This document shows, one piece after another, positions 1 through 10,186 of a stretch of 60,755 bases of DNA. The stretch's first letter is position 1, and each line of letters starts with the position of its first letter. This DNA comes from Acinetobacter sp. (GTDB lineage: Bacteria > Pseudomonadota > Gammaproteobacteria > Pseudomonadales > Moraxellaceae): the NCBI GenBank assembly GCA_041854545.1, contig JBHACK010000123.1:1-60755 (forward strand). Direction: 5' to 3'. The position numbers and the translations under genes are program-made. A model generated the notes under the pieces. That model had not been told where the DNA came from. It made no database searches and saw nothing but the letters and a program-made list of their open reading frames with translations.

Positions 1-1
1 G

Positions 2-160
2 TATTTCAACGCCATGAATAAACAAAACCAACAACAGGGATACACTCAACAACGCCAAATTATTCCACAAGGTAACCGTTTAGATTTTGCAAGCGGTGTT
101 TTCGGATTGAAACCACAACAGCCACAACAACCGCAATACATTGATGGAGAATTAGCATGA
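2..160 (+). CDS. 3' end of a truncated ORF, probably the replication initiator (lambda O-like)
   Basis: Open frame YFNAMNKQ...IDGELA* ends in an ATGA overlap with the P-like gene; function inferred from position only. Confidence 0.5.
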   Translation, partial: YFNAMNKQNQQQGYTQQRQIIPQGNRLDFASGVFGLKPQQPQQPQYIDGELA

Positions 161-828
161 ACGCATTAACACAAGTCCAAATGAATATCGCACCGAATGC
201 CATGTCTGAACACATTTTAGCGATGTTGCAAGTGTGTTATGGCGAAGAGTTTCAAAAGAAATTTGCGAACAATTCAACGCCTGAAATGCTGATTGCTGGT
301 TTAAATTTCGTGCTTGATGGCTTGACAGCTCAAGAAATCCAAAACGGATTAAATCGCATGAAAACGGAAAAATGGTGTCCATCGTTGCCTGAGTTCCGTA
401 GTTGGTGTGAAGCAGGTTCGGAATGGTGGAATGCTGAATTAGCATGGGCGAAAGGCTTACAGTTTCTCGCTAATGACAGCGTACAGATTACTACATTGAC
501 TAAATGCGTCCTTGATGAAGTGAAGTGCATTTTGGATAACGAAGGGCAATGGAACGCACATAAGGCGTTTATTGTGATTTACGATGATTATCTTGCAAAA
601 GCAAAAAAAGCTGGCAAGAAACAACGTTTTTATGAAGTTCAACAAAAACTACCTGCACCTGAAGAACTGGATAACCGTGAAGTATGCAAAGGCATTCCGT
701 CTGACTTAAGAAAGCAATTATTTAAAGCCGTTGAGCAAGAAAGAACGGTTGAAGAAATAGCAGATGAACAACGAGCGAACCGAGAAAAAACCTTGAAACA
801 TTTTCAAAAATTAGGGGAAGTAGCATGA
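157..828 (+). CDS. Replication protein P-like helicase loader
   Basis: GLNRM...WCPSLPEFRSWC motif typical of the lambda P-like family; early-region position. Confidence 0.65.
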   Translation: MNALTQVQMNIAPNAMSEHILAMLQVCYGEEFQKKFANNSTPEMLIAGLNFVLDGLTAQEIQNGLNRMKTEKWCPSLPEFRSWCEAGSEWWNAELAWAKGLQFLANDSVQITTLTKCVLDEVKCILDNEGQWNAHKAFIVIYDDYLAKAKKAGKKQRFYEVQQKLPAPEELDNREVCKGIPSDLRKQLFKAVEQERTVEEIADEQRANREKTLKHFQKLGEVA

Positions 829-1403
829 AGAAAAAGAAACAGCTACAGAAACGACAAGCAATTAATCATGCTCAAATTGCAAAAATGTGTGAATTGAAAA
901 CGCTGTCAGTTACGTTTGATATTCAGAAATTAGGCGAAAAGATGGATATTGTTGTCAGCAAAGAGAATCGCCGATTAACGCTGACTGAATTGCTTGAATT
1001 GACAAGCGGTAATTATTTACAGGCTTTGTATAGTGAAGCATTGCCATACATCAATCACAAGTGGAATGTGTCAATCAGTACAACGGTTAAAAATCGCAAT
1101 GGCGATGAAAAGCAATGTTTTACTGAGTATGACGTACCTGTGCCGTTGAGTTTTGCTGAGATGTTGGATTATGAGCAACAAAAAGCAGAGATTAACGGCA
1201 AGCGTTGGCGTGGCATTGTGGATTTTTGGTTAAGAGATATTGACCAAATTTTTGATGATGAATACGAGTGCCAAAGTGCAATTTGCACAATGACGTGTAA
1301 AGCGTATGTGTTCAAGCGTTATCTGCAAAAAGAAAAGGCGTTAATCGCTAAAGAACTTGCGGTTGAGCCATCATTGATTTTAGAAAGCAAGAATATTAAT
1401 TGA
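825..1403 (+). CDS. Hypothetical phage protein
   Basis: 192 aa ORF, ATGA-coupled to the upstream gene, RBS present. Confidence 0.7.
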   Translation: MKKKKQLQKRQAINHAQIAKMCELKTLSVTFDIQKLGEKMDIVVSKENRRLTLTELLELTSGNYLQALYSEALPYINHKWNVSISTTVKNRNGDEKQCFTEYDVPVPLSFAEMLDYEQQKAEINGKRWRGIVDFWLRDIDQIFDDEYECQSAICTMTCKAYVFKRYLQKEKALIAKELAVEPSLILESKNIN

Positions 1404-1417
1404 GTTAGGTGAAGTAA

Positions 1418-1606
1418 ATGATTGAAATTGTGAACGCAAATATCGATTTGCAAAATAAAGAAATGAGTGTAGATGTGGTGTCGTTATCTGAAAATGTTAT
1501 CCGCATTACTTTTCAGGAAAAACCTTGTTACGGTCAAGTCGTGAAAATGACGATGACAAAAGAACAGGCGACAAAGTTGGCTGAAACTATTTTAGAGCAG
1601 TTGTAA
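1418..1606 (+). CDS. Hypothetical protein
   Basis: AGGTGA RBS; in operon. Confidence 0.6.
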   Translation: MIEIVNANIDLQNKEMSVDVVSLSENVIRITFQEKPCYGQVVKMTMTKEQATKLAETILEQL

Positions 1607-1689
1607 TTTATGGCCCATTAATTTTAACCGTAACTAATTGAAAAGATTAGTTGCGATAGAAGAAAAATTGAAAAACGTGGACTGGTGAA

Positions 1690-1977
1690 ATGAAACGAAA
1701 AATCAAACAGCAACAAAACCAACGCAGAAGACAACAGCGTGAGAGTTGGGAGCTTGGCTGGGAACTTGATAAACGTAAACAGGTTGCAAACCTAGCTTTC
1801 CGAAAAATTATCATAACCACTTATTGTTTTTTGGAATTTCTCAAAGATACAGGCAAACCTGCCAATATTGAAACTTTTAAAAATGATTTTGGTTATCAAG
1901 GTGAAGATGCGGAATCAATGTATAACGCCGTGTCTAGTCGTTTAGATATGATTGATACGCTTTTATATGGGTGCTAA
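1690..1977 (+). CDS. Hypothetical protein
   Basis: GGTGA RBS; in operon. Confidence 0.6.
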   Translation: MKRKIKQQQNQRRRQQRESWELGWELDKRKQVANLAFRKIIITTYCFLEFLKDTGKPANIETFKNDFGYQGEDAESMYNAVSSRLDMIDTLLYGC

Positions 1978-2327
1978 AAAAGATGGAAGTGCCAAATATT
2001 GTACATAAGGCAGGGCGTAGTCAAGCCCTGCAATCTGAGCTAGAAGAGTTTCTGGCGAAAGGTGGCAAGATTAAAGTAATTGACAAACCGATTCAGCGTG
2101 GACTGGGTGATAAGAACACTTTTGTTGAATCAGTTAATACAGGTAAATACTTTAATTACAAATACAACAGCATTTTGCGTTCTTTTGTAAGTAATGAAGA
2201 AAACCTAAATTACCTTATCAACAAAATGGCAATTACTAAGCGAGAAATCTTGGCATACACCAAAGGGTTTAAGGTACTTACTGAGAGTTTCTATTATCGC
2301 CATTTCAGCGAATGGATTGATAAATGA
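1971..2327 (+). CDS. Protein with SutA-like RNA-polymerase-binding motif
   Basis: LEEFLAKGGKIKVI resembles the SutA core motif EEFLxxGGK(V/I). Confidence 0.5.
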   Translation: MLKKMEVPNIVHKAGRSQALQSELEEFLAKGGKIKVIDKPIQRGLGDKNTFVESVNTGKYFNYKYNSILRSFVSNEENLNYLINKMAITKREILAYTKGFKVLTESFYYRHFSEWIDK

Positions 2328-2668
2328 AAAAGAGTAAGTACGGCAATAAAAAGGTAAAGGCGTTCGGTCTTACCTTTGACAGCCAAAAAGAATACGCACG
2401 TTATCAAGAGTTGTTACTCTTGCAACGTGCAAAAGCGATTGAGAACTTGCAATTGCAAGTATCTTTTACACTTGTTCCGAGCGTTAAGTTTGCGAGCGAA
2501 AAAAGAGCAAAACGAGCTATCTGCTACATTGCTGATTTTGTTTATTGGCAAGATGGCAAGCAAATTGTAGAAGATGTTAAGAGTAGTTTTACACGAGAAA
2601 ACCCAGTGTATCGCATTAAGAAACACTTGATGATGTGGGTACATGGGATTGAGATTAGAGAGATTTGA
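2324..2668 (+). CDS. DUF1064 family PD-(D/E)xK endonuclease
   Basis: SKYGNKK...FDSQKE...YIADFVY...VEDVK motifs. Confidence 0.85.
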   Translation: MKKSKYGNKKVKAFGLTFDSQKEYARYQELLLLQRAKAIENLQLQVSFTLVPSVKFASEKRAKRAICYIADFVYWQDGKQIVEDVKSSFTRENPVYRIKKHLMMWVHGIEIREI

Positions 2669-2669
2669 G

Positions 2670-3158
2670 ATGAAGAAATTTAAAGTTGAGTATTACAAAG
2701 TACTAAACGGTCGCAGAGAGCATGAAAATCTTAAAGCGATTGTTGAAGCTCAAAATGAAGATGAAGCAATGGATAAAATTGAACAAGCGTATGCTGATTC
2801 TGTTTTTGATGTCGAATTTTTAGACGTAAAAGAAACGGTGGATACGCCATTATTTAAAAAATTCATCTTTATCGATATGCCTGATTGTTTAACGTATTGT
2901 ATCCCAGTTGAAGTGATTGCACGCAATCGTGCGAAATACTATGCACATGAATACGATGGCGATGTAATACAAAGCCTTATTGACGACACAATCCCTTTAT
3001 TCTTGGAAGATGATTACGAGATTAAAGACTGGGCAAAAAACAACATGAACTGGAAAGAAGTGGAAAAGTTTGCGGTGATTGTTGGAAAACCTGATATTGA
3101 TGATTATGACTATCAAGATACATGGGTTAATGGCGAATTTAAGATTTTGGAGCGTTAA
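2670..3158 (+). CDS. Hypothetical phage protein
   Basis: ORF track gives 2643..3158; ATG at 2670, just after the previous stop, is the likelier start. Confidence 0.65.
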   Translation: MKKFKVEYYKVLNGRREHENLKAIVEAQNEDEAMDKIEQAYADSVFDVEFLDVKETVDTPLFKKFIFIDMPDCLTYCIPVEVIARNRAKYYAHEYDGDVIQSLIDDTIPLFLEDDYEIKDWAKNNMNWKEVEKFAVIVGKPDIDDYDYQDTWVNGEFKILER

Positions 3159-3160
3159 TA

Positions 3161-3505
3161 ATGAGTAAACCAGCTTTTCTTATCTCATATATTTTTGGTC
3201 ATGTGGCTAATTTAGAGATGACTAAACTTCATTGCTTGAAACATAAATATTCAGTAAATAAGCACATAGCCAAGAAAGTGGTTAAAAAACTTAAGCAAGG
3301 TCATCTAGTGGTTTTACAACCAGATGTATCTATTAGTAATCACGGCGAAAAGATTTTTTATAACTCACATGATAAATGGTTTGTGTTGAAAATTTGTGCC
3401 AATAACAAAGTGAAGTGGGTAAAGTGTAAAAACAATTCAAAACACACTAACAGTAAGAAAAAACGCACTTACAAAATCGATAAGGTTGTTTCTTATGCAA
3501 TCTAA
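3161..3505 (+). CDS. Hypothetical basic protein
   Basis: GGAG RBS; in operon. Confidence 0.55.
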   Translation: MSKPAFLISYIFGHVANLEMTKLHCLKHKYSVNKHIAKKVVKKLKQGHLVVLQPDVSISNHGEKIFYNSHDKWFVLKICANNKVKWVKCKNNSKHTNSKKKRTYKIDKVVSYAI

Positions 3506-3788
3506 ACGAGATGAAAAGAGACTGGCACTTATCCGCCAGTTGCCGTGTGTAGATTGTGGTAAGTCAGCCCCAAACCCTGCTTGCCATTCTAATTTCCAAG
3601 AGCATGGAAAAGGTATAGGGACAAAAGCAAATGACCAGTACACAATTCCATTATGTGATAACTGTCATAAGATGTTTGACCATTACGTCAGCTTAAGTCG
3701 AGAAGTCGCTAAAAGTAAATTTGAGCAATGGCTTAGGATTACAAATGAATGGCTACTAAAGCTAGAAGATAAGGAGTTGCCGTTTTGA
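3486..3788 (+). CDS. DUF968 / HNH-like Zn-finger nuclease
   Basis: LPCVDCG...ACH...GIGTKAND..TIPLCDNCH pattern; likely start is ATG 3495. Confidence 0.8.
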   Translation: MFLMQSKRDEKRLALIRQLPCVDCGKSAPNPACHSNFQEHGKGIGTKANDQYTIPLCDNCHKMFDHYVSLSREVAKSKFEQWLRITNEWLLKLEDKELPF

Positions 3789-4279
3789 ATGTAGCGGTGT
3801 TTCCAATTTTAAGTCATGGCGATGTTACAAAAGTAATCGCTTACCTTAATCAACATCATAGCCAAGCGATTGCAGATGGTGAGCCTTTGGTCGTGAATAT
3901 CTCAACAAAGATGGAGAAACGCACCCATGCTCAAAACCGCTTGTATTGGTTATGGTTGAGCGATTTAGCTAGAGAAACTGGTAATGACAAAGAAACACTG
4001 CATTTTAATTTTAAGTACAAGTATTTAATTTCGATTTATATGCGAGATGACCCTGAGTTTAATGAGATGGCGTTATCCATCAAAGAATTAAAGAATATTT
4101 TGGGGGAAACCGACATTTTTAAAGCGATTAGAGATGGTGTAATCAGAGAAACAAGCACAACCAAAGCCAATACAAAACAAATGACCGAGTATCTCAATAA
4201 TATTTTTGATGAATGCGTGGTCAAGCATGGTATTCGGCTGAAAGTTCCAGATGATTTAGCATGGGCATGGGAAAGATGA
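3785..4279 (+). CDS. ninB: NinB/YbcN-family recombination protein
   Basis: KRTHAQNRLYWLWLSDLA and STTK...QMTEYL motifs. Confidence 0.75.
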   Translation: MNVAVFPILSHGDVTKVIAYLNQHHSQAIADGEPLVVNISTKMEKRTHAQNRLYWLWLSDLARETGNDKETLHFNFKYKYLISIYMRDDPEFNEMALSIKELKNILGETDIFKAIRDGVIRETSTTKANTKQMTEYLNNIFDECVVKHGIRLKVPDDLAWAWER

Positions 4280-4980
4280 AATCACGGCAACATAAGACAA
4301 CGTTAAATGAAACAGAACAACAAGACCTGATTGCTTTTGGTCGCCGTGTGCGTGAAGCAAGAAGAATCGTTGGCATTAAACAACCTGAGCTATATGAGAT
4401 AGTTTATCAGCGTTCACCAATGAGAGAGAATGAAGGGCGTAACCGCATTTCAGAGTTAGAAAAGGGTAAAAATAATTGCGATATTATGCGATTTAAACGC
4501 TTGTGCATTGCGTTAAATGTTAATCCTGCATTCTTACTAGGCTTGAGTGATGAACCCGAGATACGCCCAACCAATAACTACCTATCACAACTGTATCACG
4601 GCGTAACACAGCATTTTGCTGAAAATATTCAATCATTGGTTGATATGGTCGCACATCAAGCGGTTGATTATATGAACCAATTACCGCCATCTAATTATTT
4701 GGCTTTGCTTGGTGCGGTTAAAGAATACTGTTTGAGTCGTATTGCTCAAGGAGATACAGACCCACAACTGAGTAACATTATGAACCTTGTGCGACAAATA
4801 GAAGTGGCTCAAGCTCGTAAACAGATAGAAGACTTGAAATATTTAGATGATATTCAAGAAGAGTATGGCGTTGAGTTTGTCAAACAACGATTACAGCAAG
4901 TCGAAAAACAAAATACAGGTCGTACTCCAATTAATTACCAATTAGGCTTAGAGTTAGGTTTGGATTCAGAAAATGACTGA
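4261..4980 (+). CDS. XRE-family HTH regulator; candidate late-gene activator
   Basis: FGRRVREAR...ISELEKG...LCIALNVNPAFLLGLSD XRE-HTH signature. Confidence 0.7.
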   Translation: MGMGKMKSRQHKTTLNETEQQDLIAFGRRVREARRIVGIKQPELYEIVYQRSPMRENEGRNRISELEKGKNNCDIMRFKRLCIALNVNPAFLLGLSDEPEIRPTNNYLSQLYHGVTQHFAENIQSLVDMVAHQAVDYMNQLPPSNYLALLGAVKEYCLSRIAQGDTDPQLSNIMNLVRQIEVAQARKQIEDLKYLDDIQEEYGVEFVKQRLQQVEKQNTGRTPINYQLGLELGLDSEND

Positions 4981-5986
4981 GAAGAATGCAAGTAAAAAAA
5001 GTAAAACAACAGTACGTTATTCTGAAAACGTCTGGAAACTTATTCGCCTAATGTGGGAGAACACATCTCGCATTAGCTGGGACGGCGTATCTGAACAAGT
5101 ATCACAGATGACAGGTGAGAATACGCCAAGCGGTTCTGTTGTGCGAAGACGTGCCAATGCTGAAAACTGGGTGAAATACAGCACCACACTTGACAACATG
5201 ACAGGGAAAGAGTTGCATAGAGAAATTAGATTACTTGAAAAAAGAAGTGAATTAATTCAAAGTGATATAAAAAATCTGACACAAAATCTGACACAAAAGC
5301 AATCTGACAAGGAAAAACTGGAAAATACTGTCAAATCTGACACAAAATCTGACACGCAAGAAAAAGGATTACAGATTATTGAAGTAAATCAAAAGGATAC
5401 AGGCTCATGGTCTGACTATGAACAAGAAAGAGAAAAGCCGATTGACTTGCAGGAACGAAAACTCAATAAAGAAAAAATCATTAGAGAAAGACGACATCAA
5501 TCGTATGCCCTAATACAAAATGACAAATTGCTGAGCAAACTTGCATTAGAAGTAGCAGAGCATGGACGTGAAGTGCTTTTTGGTGGAAGTATAACGCTTG
5601 ATGAAGATGGTAATATCATAAGTGCTGGTGCAAGTGAAGCAGAATTAGCAGTCTTAAAATTAAAAATGGGCTTTATTAAAGATTTAGCCTATGTAAATAA
5701 CACATTATGGCAAAACCATTCTATGATGAACCAATCAACCAAAGATAACTGGGGGATTGAAAAAGATGATGTGAGTGATAAAGCGGAGCAAAATGCTCAA
5801 TTACAAGCACAAATTGACGAACTGCAATTAGAAATGAAACGCAGACAGGCGGAAGATGTATTAAATGAAAACCGCAAACAAGCATTATTACGCCAAATAG
5901 AAATCATGAAAGAAGAAGAAAGACTGATTGAGTTGGGTGGATTAAGTCCTGAAGATGAAAACTGGAATGATGAAGAAGATGAATGA
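4973..5986 (+). CDS. Putative terminase small subunit (PacA-like)
   Basis: N-terminal HTH W..IR..WE...VRRRANAENW typical of TerS; coiled-coil and acidic C-terminus; internal DNA repeats. Confidence 0.55.
   Translation: MTEKNASKKSKTTVRYSENVWKLIRLMWENTSRISWDGVSEQVSQMTGENTPSGSVVRRRANAENWVKYSTTLDNMTGKELHREIRLLEKRSELIQSDIKNLTQNLTQKQSDKEKLENTVKSDTKSDTQEKGLQIIEVNQKDTGSWSDYEQEREKPIDLQERKLNKEKIIRERRHQSYALIQNDKLLSKLALEVAEHGREVLFGGSITLDEDGNIISAGASEAELAVLKLKMGFIKDLAYVNNTLWQNHSMMNQSTKDNWGIEKDDVSDKAEQNAQLQAQIDELQLEMKRRQAEDVLNENRKQALLRQIEIMKEEERLIELGGLSPEDENWNDEEDE
5271..5355 (+). repeat. Five copies of AATCTGACA (four within 12-mers AAAATCTGACAC or a near match)
   Basis: Copies at 5271, 5283, 5301, 5332 and 5344. 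Confidence 0.9.
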
Positions 5987-6003
5987 TTTAAATTCGCTAC
6001 ACT
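5964..6003 (+). promoter_or_regulatory. Late-promoter motif GGAA-N30-TACACT
   Basis: Same spacing as the other copies; lies inside the 3' end of the upstream CDS. Confidence 0.65.
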
Positions 6004-6018
6004 ATCCACATCTAAGTA

Positions 6019-6834
6019 TTGAGTGTAGTTATGGCTAGAATCAATAATCCAGCGATAAATAAAAGCACAAGTGCGGTCAATAAACAGGCACAAAAAGTTA
6101 AACCAAGTCCAATTAGTGAGATTTATAGCAACCTTTCACCGATGAATATTTGTAGTATTACGCCGTGTGATAAAGATGGCAATGTTCTACAAAAAACAAC
6201 GGTGCAAGGATTATTTGTTGATGGGAATGAAACCATAGAAAGCCAATGGCAAACGCCTTTTGAAAATTCTAATCCTGAGCATAAATTACCAACATTGATG
6301 GCGACCTTACAATCTGGACAATTGCTAGATACGATGGGTTCGGTGTTGGGTACGCCTGTAGATGGCTCAATACACGGCGAAATCGTGGGAAAAATGGAGC
6401 AGTTAGTTGGTAAAACCAGCTTAACCAAAGTCAATACACAACAAATCTTTTTAAGCACACAATCGGTTCGCATGAGCCTAACACTCTTTTTTATTGCATT
6501 AAGAGATGCAGAAAGAGAAGTAGAGCGACAAATTGCACAGCTAAAAAAATGGTCATTGCCATTGTATTTGTATGATGGTTCAATTGTGCAAAACATGGCA
6601 GAAAATGGCGTAACGGTGGCAAATGCTTTCCCATCGGATATTCCAGAGTTTGTGGCAATTACAATACATGGTAAGACATACAAGCCATTTATTATTGAAA
6701 ATGTCAGCAATCCTCTTAAAGCCCCTATTGATAGCAAAGGGAATCGCTTAAGTGTAAGTGTTGAGTTATCAGTAATGAGCCGTCAAGCGTGGGATAGCCG
6801 TGATGTTGATAAATTATATGGGTTTTCATTATGA
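6019..6834 (+). CDS. Baseplate/tail-tube initiator protein (P1 PmgG-like)
   Basis: WQTPF, FIALRDAEREV, LKAPIDSKG motifs recalled from P1-like tail proteins; likely start is ATG 6031. Confidence 0.55.
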   Translation: MSVVMARINNPAINKSTSAVNKQAQKVKPSPISEIYSNLSPMNICSITPCDKDGNVLQKTTVQGLFVDGNETIESQWQTPFENSNPEHKLPTLMATLQSGQLLDTMGSVLGTPVDGSIHGEIVGKMEQLVGKTSLTKVNTQQIFLSTQSVRMSLTLFFIALRDAEREVERQIAQLKKWSLPLYLYDGSIVQNMAENGVTVANAFPSDIPEFVAITIHGKTYKPFIIENVSNPLKAPIDSKGNRLSVSVELSVMSRQAWDSRDVDKLYGFSL

Positions 6835-7946
6835 ACAATGAAATCTTAAAACGCTATCAACGACAAGCCTTACAGGTCATGCAGGAGCAAGTCAAAAGAA
6901 ATGACTTGTTAAAAGAAGGCAATCAACAATTTTCAGTCGAAAATAAAAGACGTTCTATTGTGCAAGGACATAACGCACAAGGGCATAGACGGCTACTTAA
7001 TCCTAGCGACATTGAAAAAGGTTTGATGTATGGCATAGATGATGTGTTTATGACAACGCTAGGCGGTGAATTGCGAGCGTTAAATACACAAGATTTATTG
7101 GCAATACGAGACAATATTGAAACGCTAAACAATCAGTATGCCAAAGGCATTACAGCTAAAAAAGTCATGCGATTGAGTTTAGGGATTGATAAACGCCGTG
7201 CAAATCAACAAATCCATTTGGTTGTGCCACTATCACTAAAAGACAATGTGGTTAAGTTTATGACCAATGCCAGCGGTGATAACAAGGCTCAAGTGCATTA
7301 TCTTCATGTTGAATTTACTACATTAAGCAAAGCCCTTTTGACTGGAGAAACGCCTGACTTTAAGGCAATAGAAAAAATTTGTGCAGGGAATATTCGTTTT
7401 GAGTGTGATTGTGGTCGCCATACATACTGGTATCGCTATTTAGCAACATTAGGCGGTTATGGTTATGGACGTTTGGAACACGCCTACCCAAAGGAACGCA
7501 ACCCATATTTAAGGGGTGTTGCTTGTAAACATGCTATACGAGTAATGCAATATATTTCATCACCTAGTTTTGCTCATTATTTACAACGAAAAGTCAATAC
7601 GCTACGTCAAGCACAAGCGATAAAGACCCAAAAAACAAACAAAACGCACTTAAAGCAAGTGGTTGAGCAACAAGTGGCAAAAGGGTTTAAGGCATTACAA
7701 CACAATATCAAACATGCCGAACAAGAAATGTTGCGTTTAGAGAGAAAACGCCAAAAACGAATTGAAACACAACAAAGACAGGCTGAGCAAAAGCGTTTGA
7801 TAGAACAGGCGAAAAAGCAAGGCAAAGAAACTGCACAGCGAATTAAGCAACAGCAAATCCAAAAAGAGCAACAGCAAATGATAGATGCGTTACGAAGAAT
7901 GGGATTTACTGAGCAACAAATCGCAAATTTTAGACGAAAAAGATAA
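6831..7946 (+). CDS. SWIM Zn-finger virion morphogenesis protein (P1 gp25-like)
   Basis: FECDCGRHTYWYRY...RNP.L.GVACKH motif; coiled-coil tail. Confidence 0.65.
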   Translation: MNNEILKRYQRQALQVMQEQVKRNDLLKEGNQQFSVENKRRSIVQGHNAQGHRRLLNPSDIEKGLMYGIDDVFMTTLGGELRALNTQDLLAIRDNIETLNNQYAKGITAKKVMRLSLGIDKRRANQQIHLVVPLSLKDNVVKFMTNASGDNKAQVHYLHVEFTTLSKALLTGETPDFKAIEKICAGNIRFECDCGRHTYWYRYLATLGGYGYGRLEHAYPKERNPYLRGVACKHAIRVMQYISSPSFAHYLQRKVNTLRQAQAIKTQKTNKTHLKQVVEQQVAKGFKALQHNIKHAEQEMLRLERKRQKRIETQQRQAEQKRLIEQAKKQGKETAQRIKQQQIQKEQQQMIDALRRMGFTEQQIANFRRKR

Positions 7947-7954
7947 GGTGTAAG

Positions 7955-9784
7955 ATGGCAATTCAATTTTACTTAACAGAAGCAGGGCAAAGAAACGCCG
8001 TGCAAGCTGAACAACTGCAATTAAAAGTCAAATTAAAAACATTGGTACTGGGTTTGGGGCAATATGATGCACAACAACAAGCACCAAGCATGACTACATT
8101 ACAACAGTCCTATACAGAAACCGCTATCCAGTATGCACATACGCATGATGATGGAACAATGCAACTGCATAGTATGATTGAAGCAACCAAAACACAAAAA
8201 ATCTATGAGCTGGGTATTTTGACAGATGACGGCACATTATTTGCGGTGGCTAGTTCGGCGGATAAAGAGTTGCTTACATTGGTTGAAAATACTCATAGTC
8301 TATTTATGCTAGGGGTAAAATTAGTTGATGTTACCGCACCAATTCAAGTGATTGTGGATAATGATACTGGTTTAGCCTTGTCGTTAATGAGAAAGATTGA
8401 AACTTGGCAAGATGTGCCGTTGGGGTCATTATTTTTAACCACGTTAAATTTTCCAAATGCTGAAGCAGTTAGAAAGTATAAAGGCTATGGGCGTTGGAAG
8501 CGTTTTGGCGATGGTCATGCAGTTATAACGCAACAACACACAACACCTGAAAGCGGTTATGCTTGGAAAAGTCGCATAGGTGCAACTGGTGGAGAAGATA
8601 CACATCGATTATCAATTGATGAAATGCCTGAGCATAAACACAGCCAAGACGATATTTTTAACAAATTCGGAAGTAAAGCGAGCGAATCTGGCTTAGGAAC
8701 AGCTGGAAGTATTGATAGTGGTAATCCTGTGAACGAATACGGTATTGGTCATGTTGGAAACCGATGGAATAGTGCGACTGAATCAAAAGTTGGTAAAAAT
8801 AAATCACATAACAATGTGCAAAGGTCTATAGTAATAGGGGCTTGGTTGCGTATTCCTGAGCCAAGTGATTTTTTATCTTTATCAGCAAATGTGGAGCGTA
8901 TTGCTGTTGGTCAAACGGCTGAATTTAGCCTAAAAACCAAGTTACCGCCGTATTTTACCGTGCCTTACCACATTACAGGTGTAACCACTAGCCAAATTTC
9001 TCATGCTGATTTAAATGGCTTTTTAACGATTGACGAACAAGGTGAAGCAAAACTTAGTTTAAGAGCTGGTGAAGATTATGTGGCTACTGGGGATAAAACT
9101 CTATCACTTAATATTGTTGATAGCGATTTATCAGCAACAGTTGTTGTGATTGATAGTGGAGAAACTGTAGCACCGACACATACCTATTATACAGGCACAC
9201 ATCAAATTACTGTTGAACCTAATCAGATTGCAACCTTTGACCTGTTCGCAGGTGGTGGCGGTGGTGGTGGTTCACGTTGGACAACATTTAGAGAAAATAA
9301 TGATGGACAAGATGGAGCAAATGTTGTCTTGACTTTAGATAACGCCAACCTAACCGCAGGCGGTGGTAGAAAAGGCACGGAAGGTTGGTGGGGTAATGGT
9401 TCACATTATGGTAACGGCTCAGCAGGTGCAGGTGGCAATAACAATATTGTTGATGAAAATAGCTTGTTTGAAATCTTGGTTAATCAACGTGGTACAGATG
9501 GTAAAACGTATAACCGTTATGAAACCCAGCGTGGGGCTGAAGTGGTTGCAGAAGCAATGGCAGGTTCTAACGCAGGCGGTAACGGTGGCAATGGCGTTGG
9601 CGATGAGCGTTGGAGTTATGGCGGTGCAGGTGGTAGCGGTGGACGTATCAAAGCTCGTTATACTAATCACGGCGAATCTGTAGTAACCATTCAATTACAG
9701 ATTGGACAAACGGCTAAAGGTGGACAACATCAGTCTAAAGGCGGTGATGGCGGTTTTGCCTATGCAACGGTGAGCGTGGTATAG
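7955..9784 (+). CDS. Tail fibre protein
   Basis: Fibre-anchor N-terminus (LTEAG...ELGILTDDGTLFA), collar-like GGEDTHRLSIDEMPEHKH, Gly-rich C-terminal domain. Confidence 0.8.
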   Translation: MAIQFYLTEAGQRNAVQAEQLQLKVKLKTLVLGLGQYDAQQQAPSMTTLQQSYTETAIQYAHTHDDGTMQLHSMIEATKTQKIYELGILTDDGTLFAVASSADKELLTLVENTHSLFMLGVKLVDVTAPIQVIVDNDTGLALSLMRKIETWQDVPLGSLFLTTLNFPNAEAVRKYKGYGRWKRFGDGHAVITQQHTTPESGYAWKSRIGATGGEDTHRLSIDEMPEHKHSQDDIFNKFGSKASESGLGTAGSIDSGNPVNEYGIGHVGNRWNSATESKVGKNKSHNNVQRSIVIGAWLRIPEPSDFLSLSANVERIAVGQTAEFSLKTKLPPYFTVPYHITGVTTSQISHADLNGFLTIDEQGEAKLSLRAGEDYVATGDKTLSLNIVDSDLSATVVVIDSGETVAPTHTYYTGTHQITVEPNQIATFDLFAGGGGGGGSRWTTFRENNDGQDGANVVLTLDNANLTAGGGRKGTEGWWGNGSHYGNGSAGAGGNNNIVDENSLFEILVNQRGTDGKTYNRYETQRGAEVVAEAMAGSNAGGNGGNGVGDERWSYGGAGGSGGRIKARYTNHGESVVTIQLQIGQTAKGGQHQSKGGDGGFAYATVSVV

Positions 9785-9787
9785 CGT

Positions 9788-10051
9788 ATGCAATATAACA
9801 AACTACATAACGCCGTGCGAAAACATATCGAACAAGAACAAGATAATGTTATCTTGTGGGACGTACTACAAGATGAAAGCCAAGACCCTACATTATTGAG
9901 TTTAAGAGCGTATGGTACACGAGAGCACGCAGATATTGTGATGATTACTTGTGGGGTTTCAGGTGTATGGCAGACTTTACCATGCACTCGAATTGTGTTG
10001 CCTTTGCTTAAAGATGTAATTGCCTTAAAACGGCAGTTTAATTCTAATTAG
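9788..10051 (+). CDS. LysM-like baseplate protein (P1 gp26 / P2 gpX-like)
   Basis: DE..D.TLLSLRAYG...LP pattern. Confidence 0.6.
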   Translation: MQYNKLHNAVRKHIEQEQDNVILWDVLQDESQDPTLLSLRAYGTREHADIVMITCGVSGVWQTLPCTRIVLPLLKDVIALKRQFNSN

Positions 10052-10067
10052 ATTCTAGTTAGAATTT

Positions 10068-10092
10068 AGCCATCTTGACAGATGGCTTTTTT
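10068..10092 (+). terminator. Rho-independent terminator
   Basis: AGCCATCT-TGAC-AGATGGCT followed by a T tract. Confidence 0.8.
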
Positions 10093-10115
10093 ATTGCTAG
10101 GTGATTTCTTGGTAT

Positions 10116-10155
10116 GGAATAGAATAAAAAAGATACAGCATAAATATCGCATAAT
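10116..10155 (+). promoter_or_regulatory. Late-promoter motif GGAA-N30-CATAAT
   Basis: Upstream of the tape-measure gene. Confidence 0.75.
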
Positions 10156-10186
10156 GGATTTATTTTGAACAAAAAATAGGTTAATT

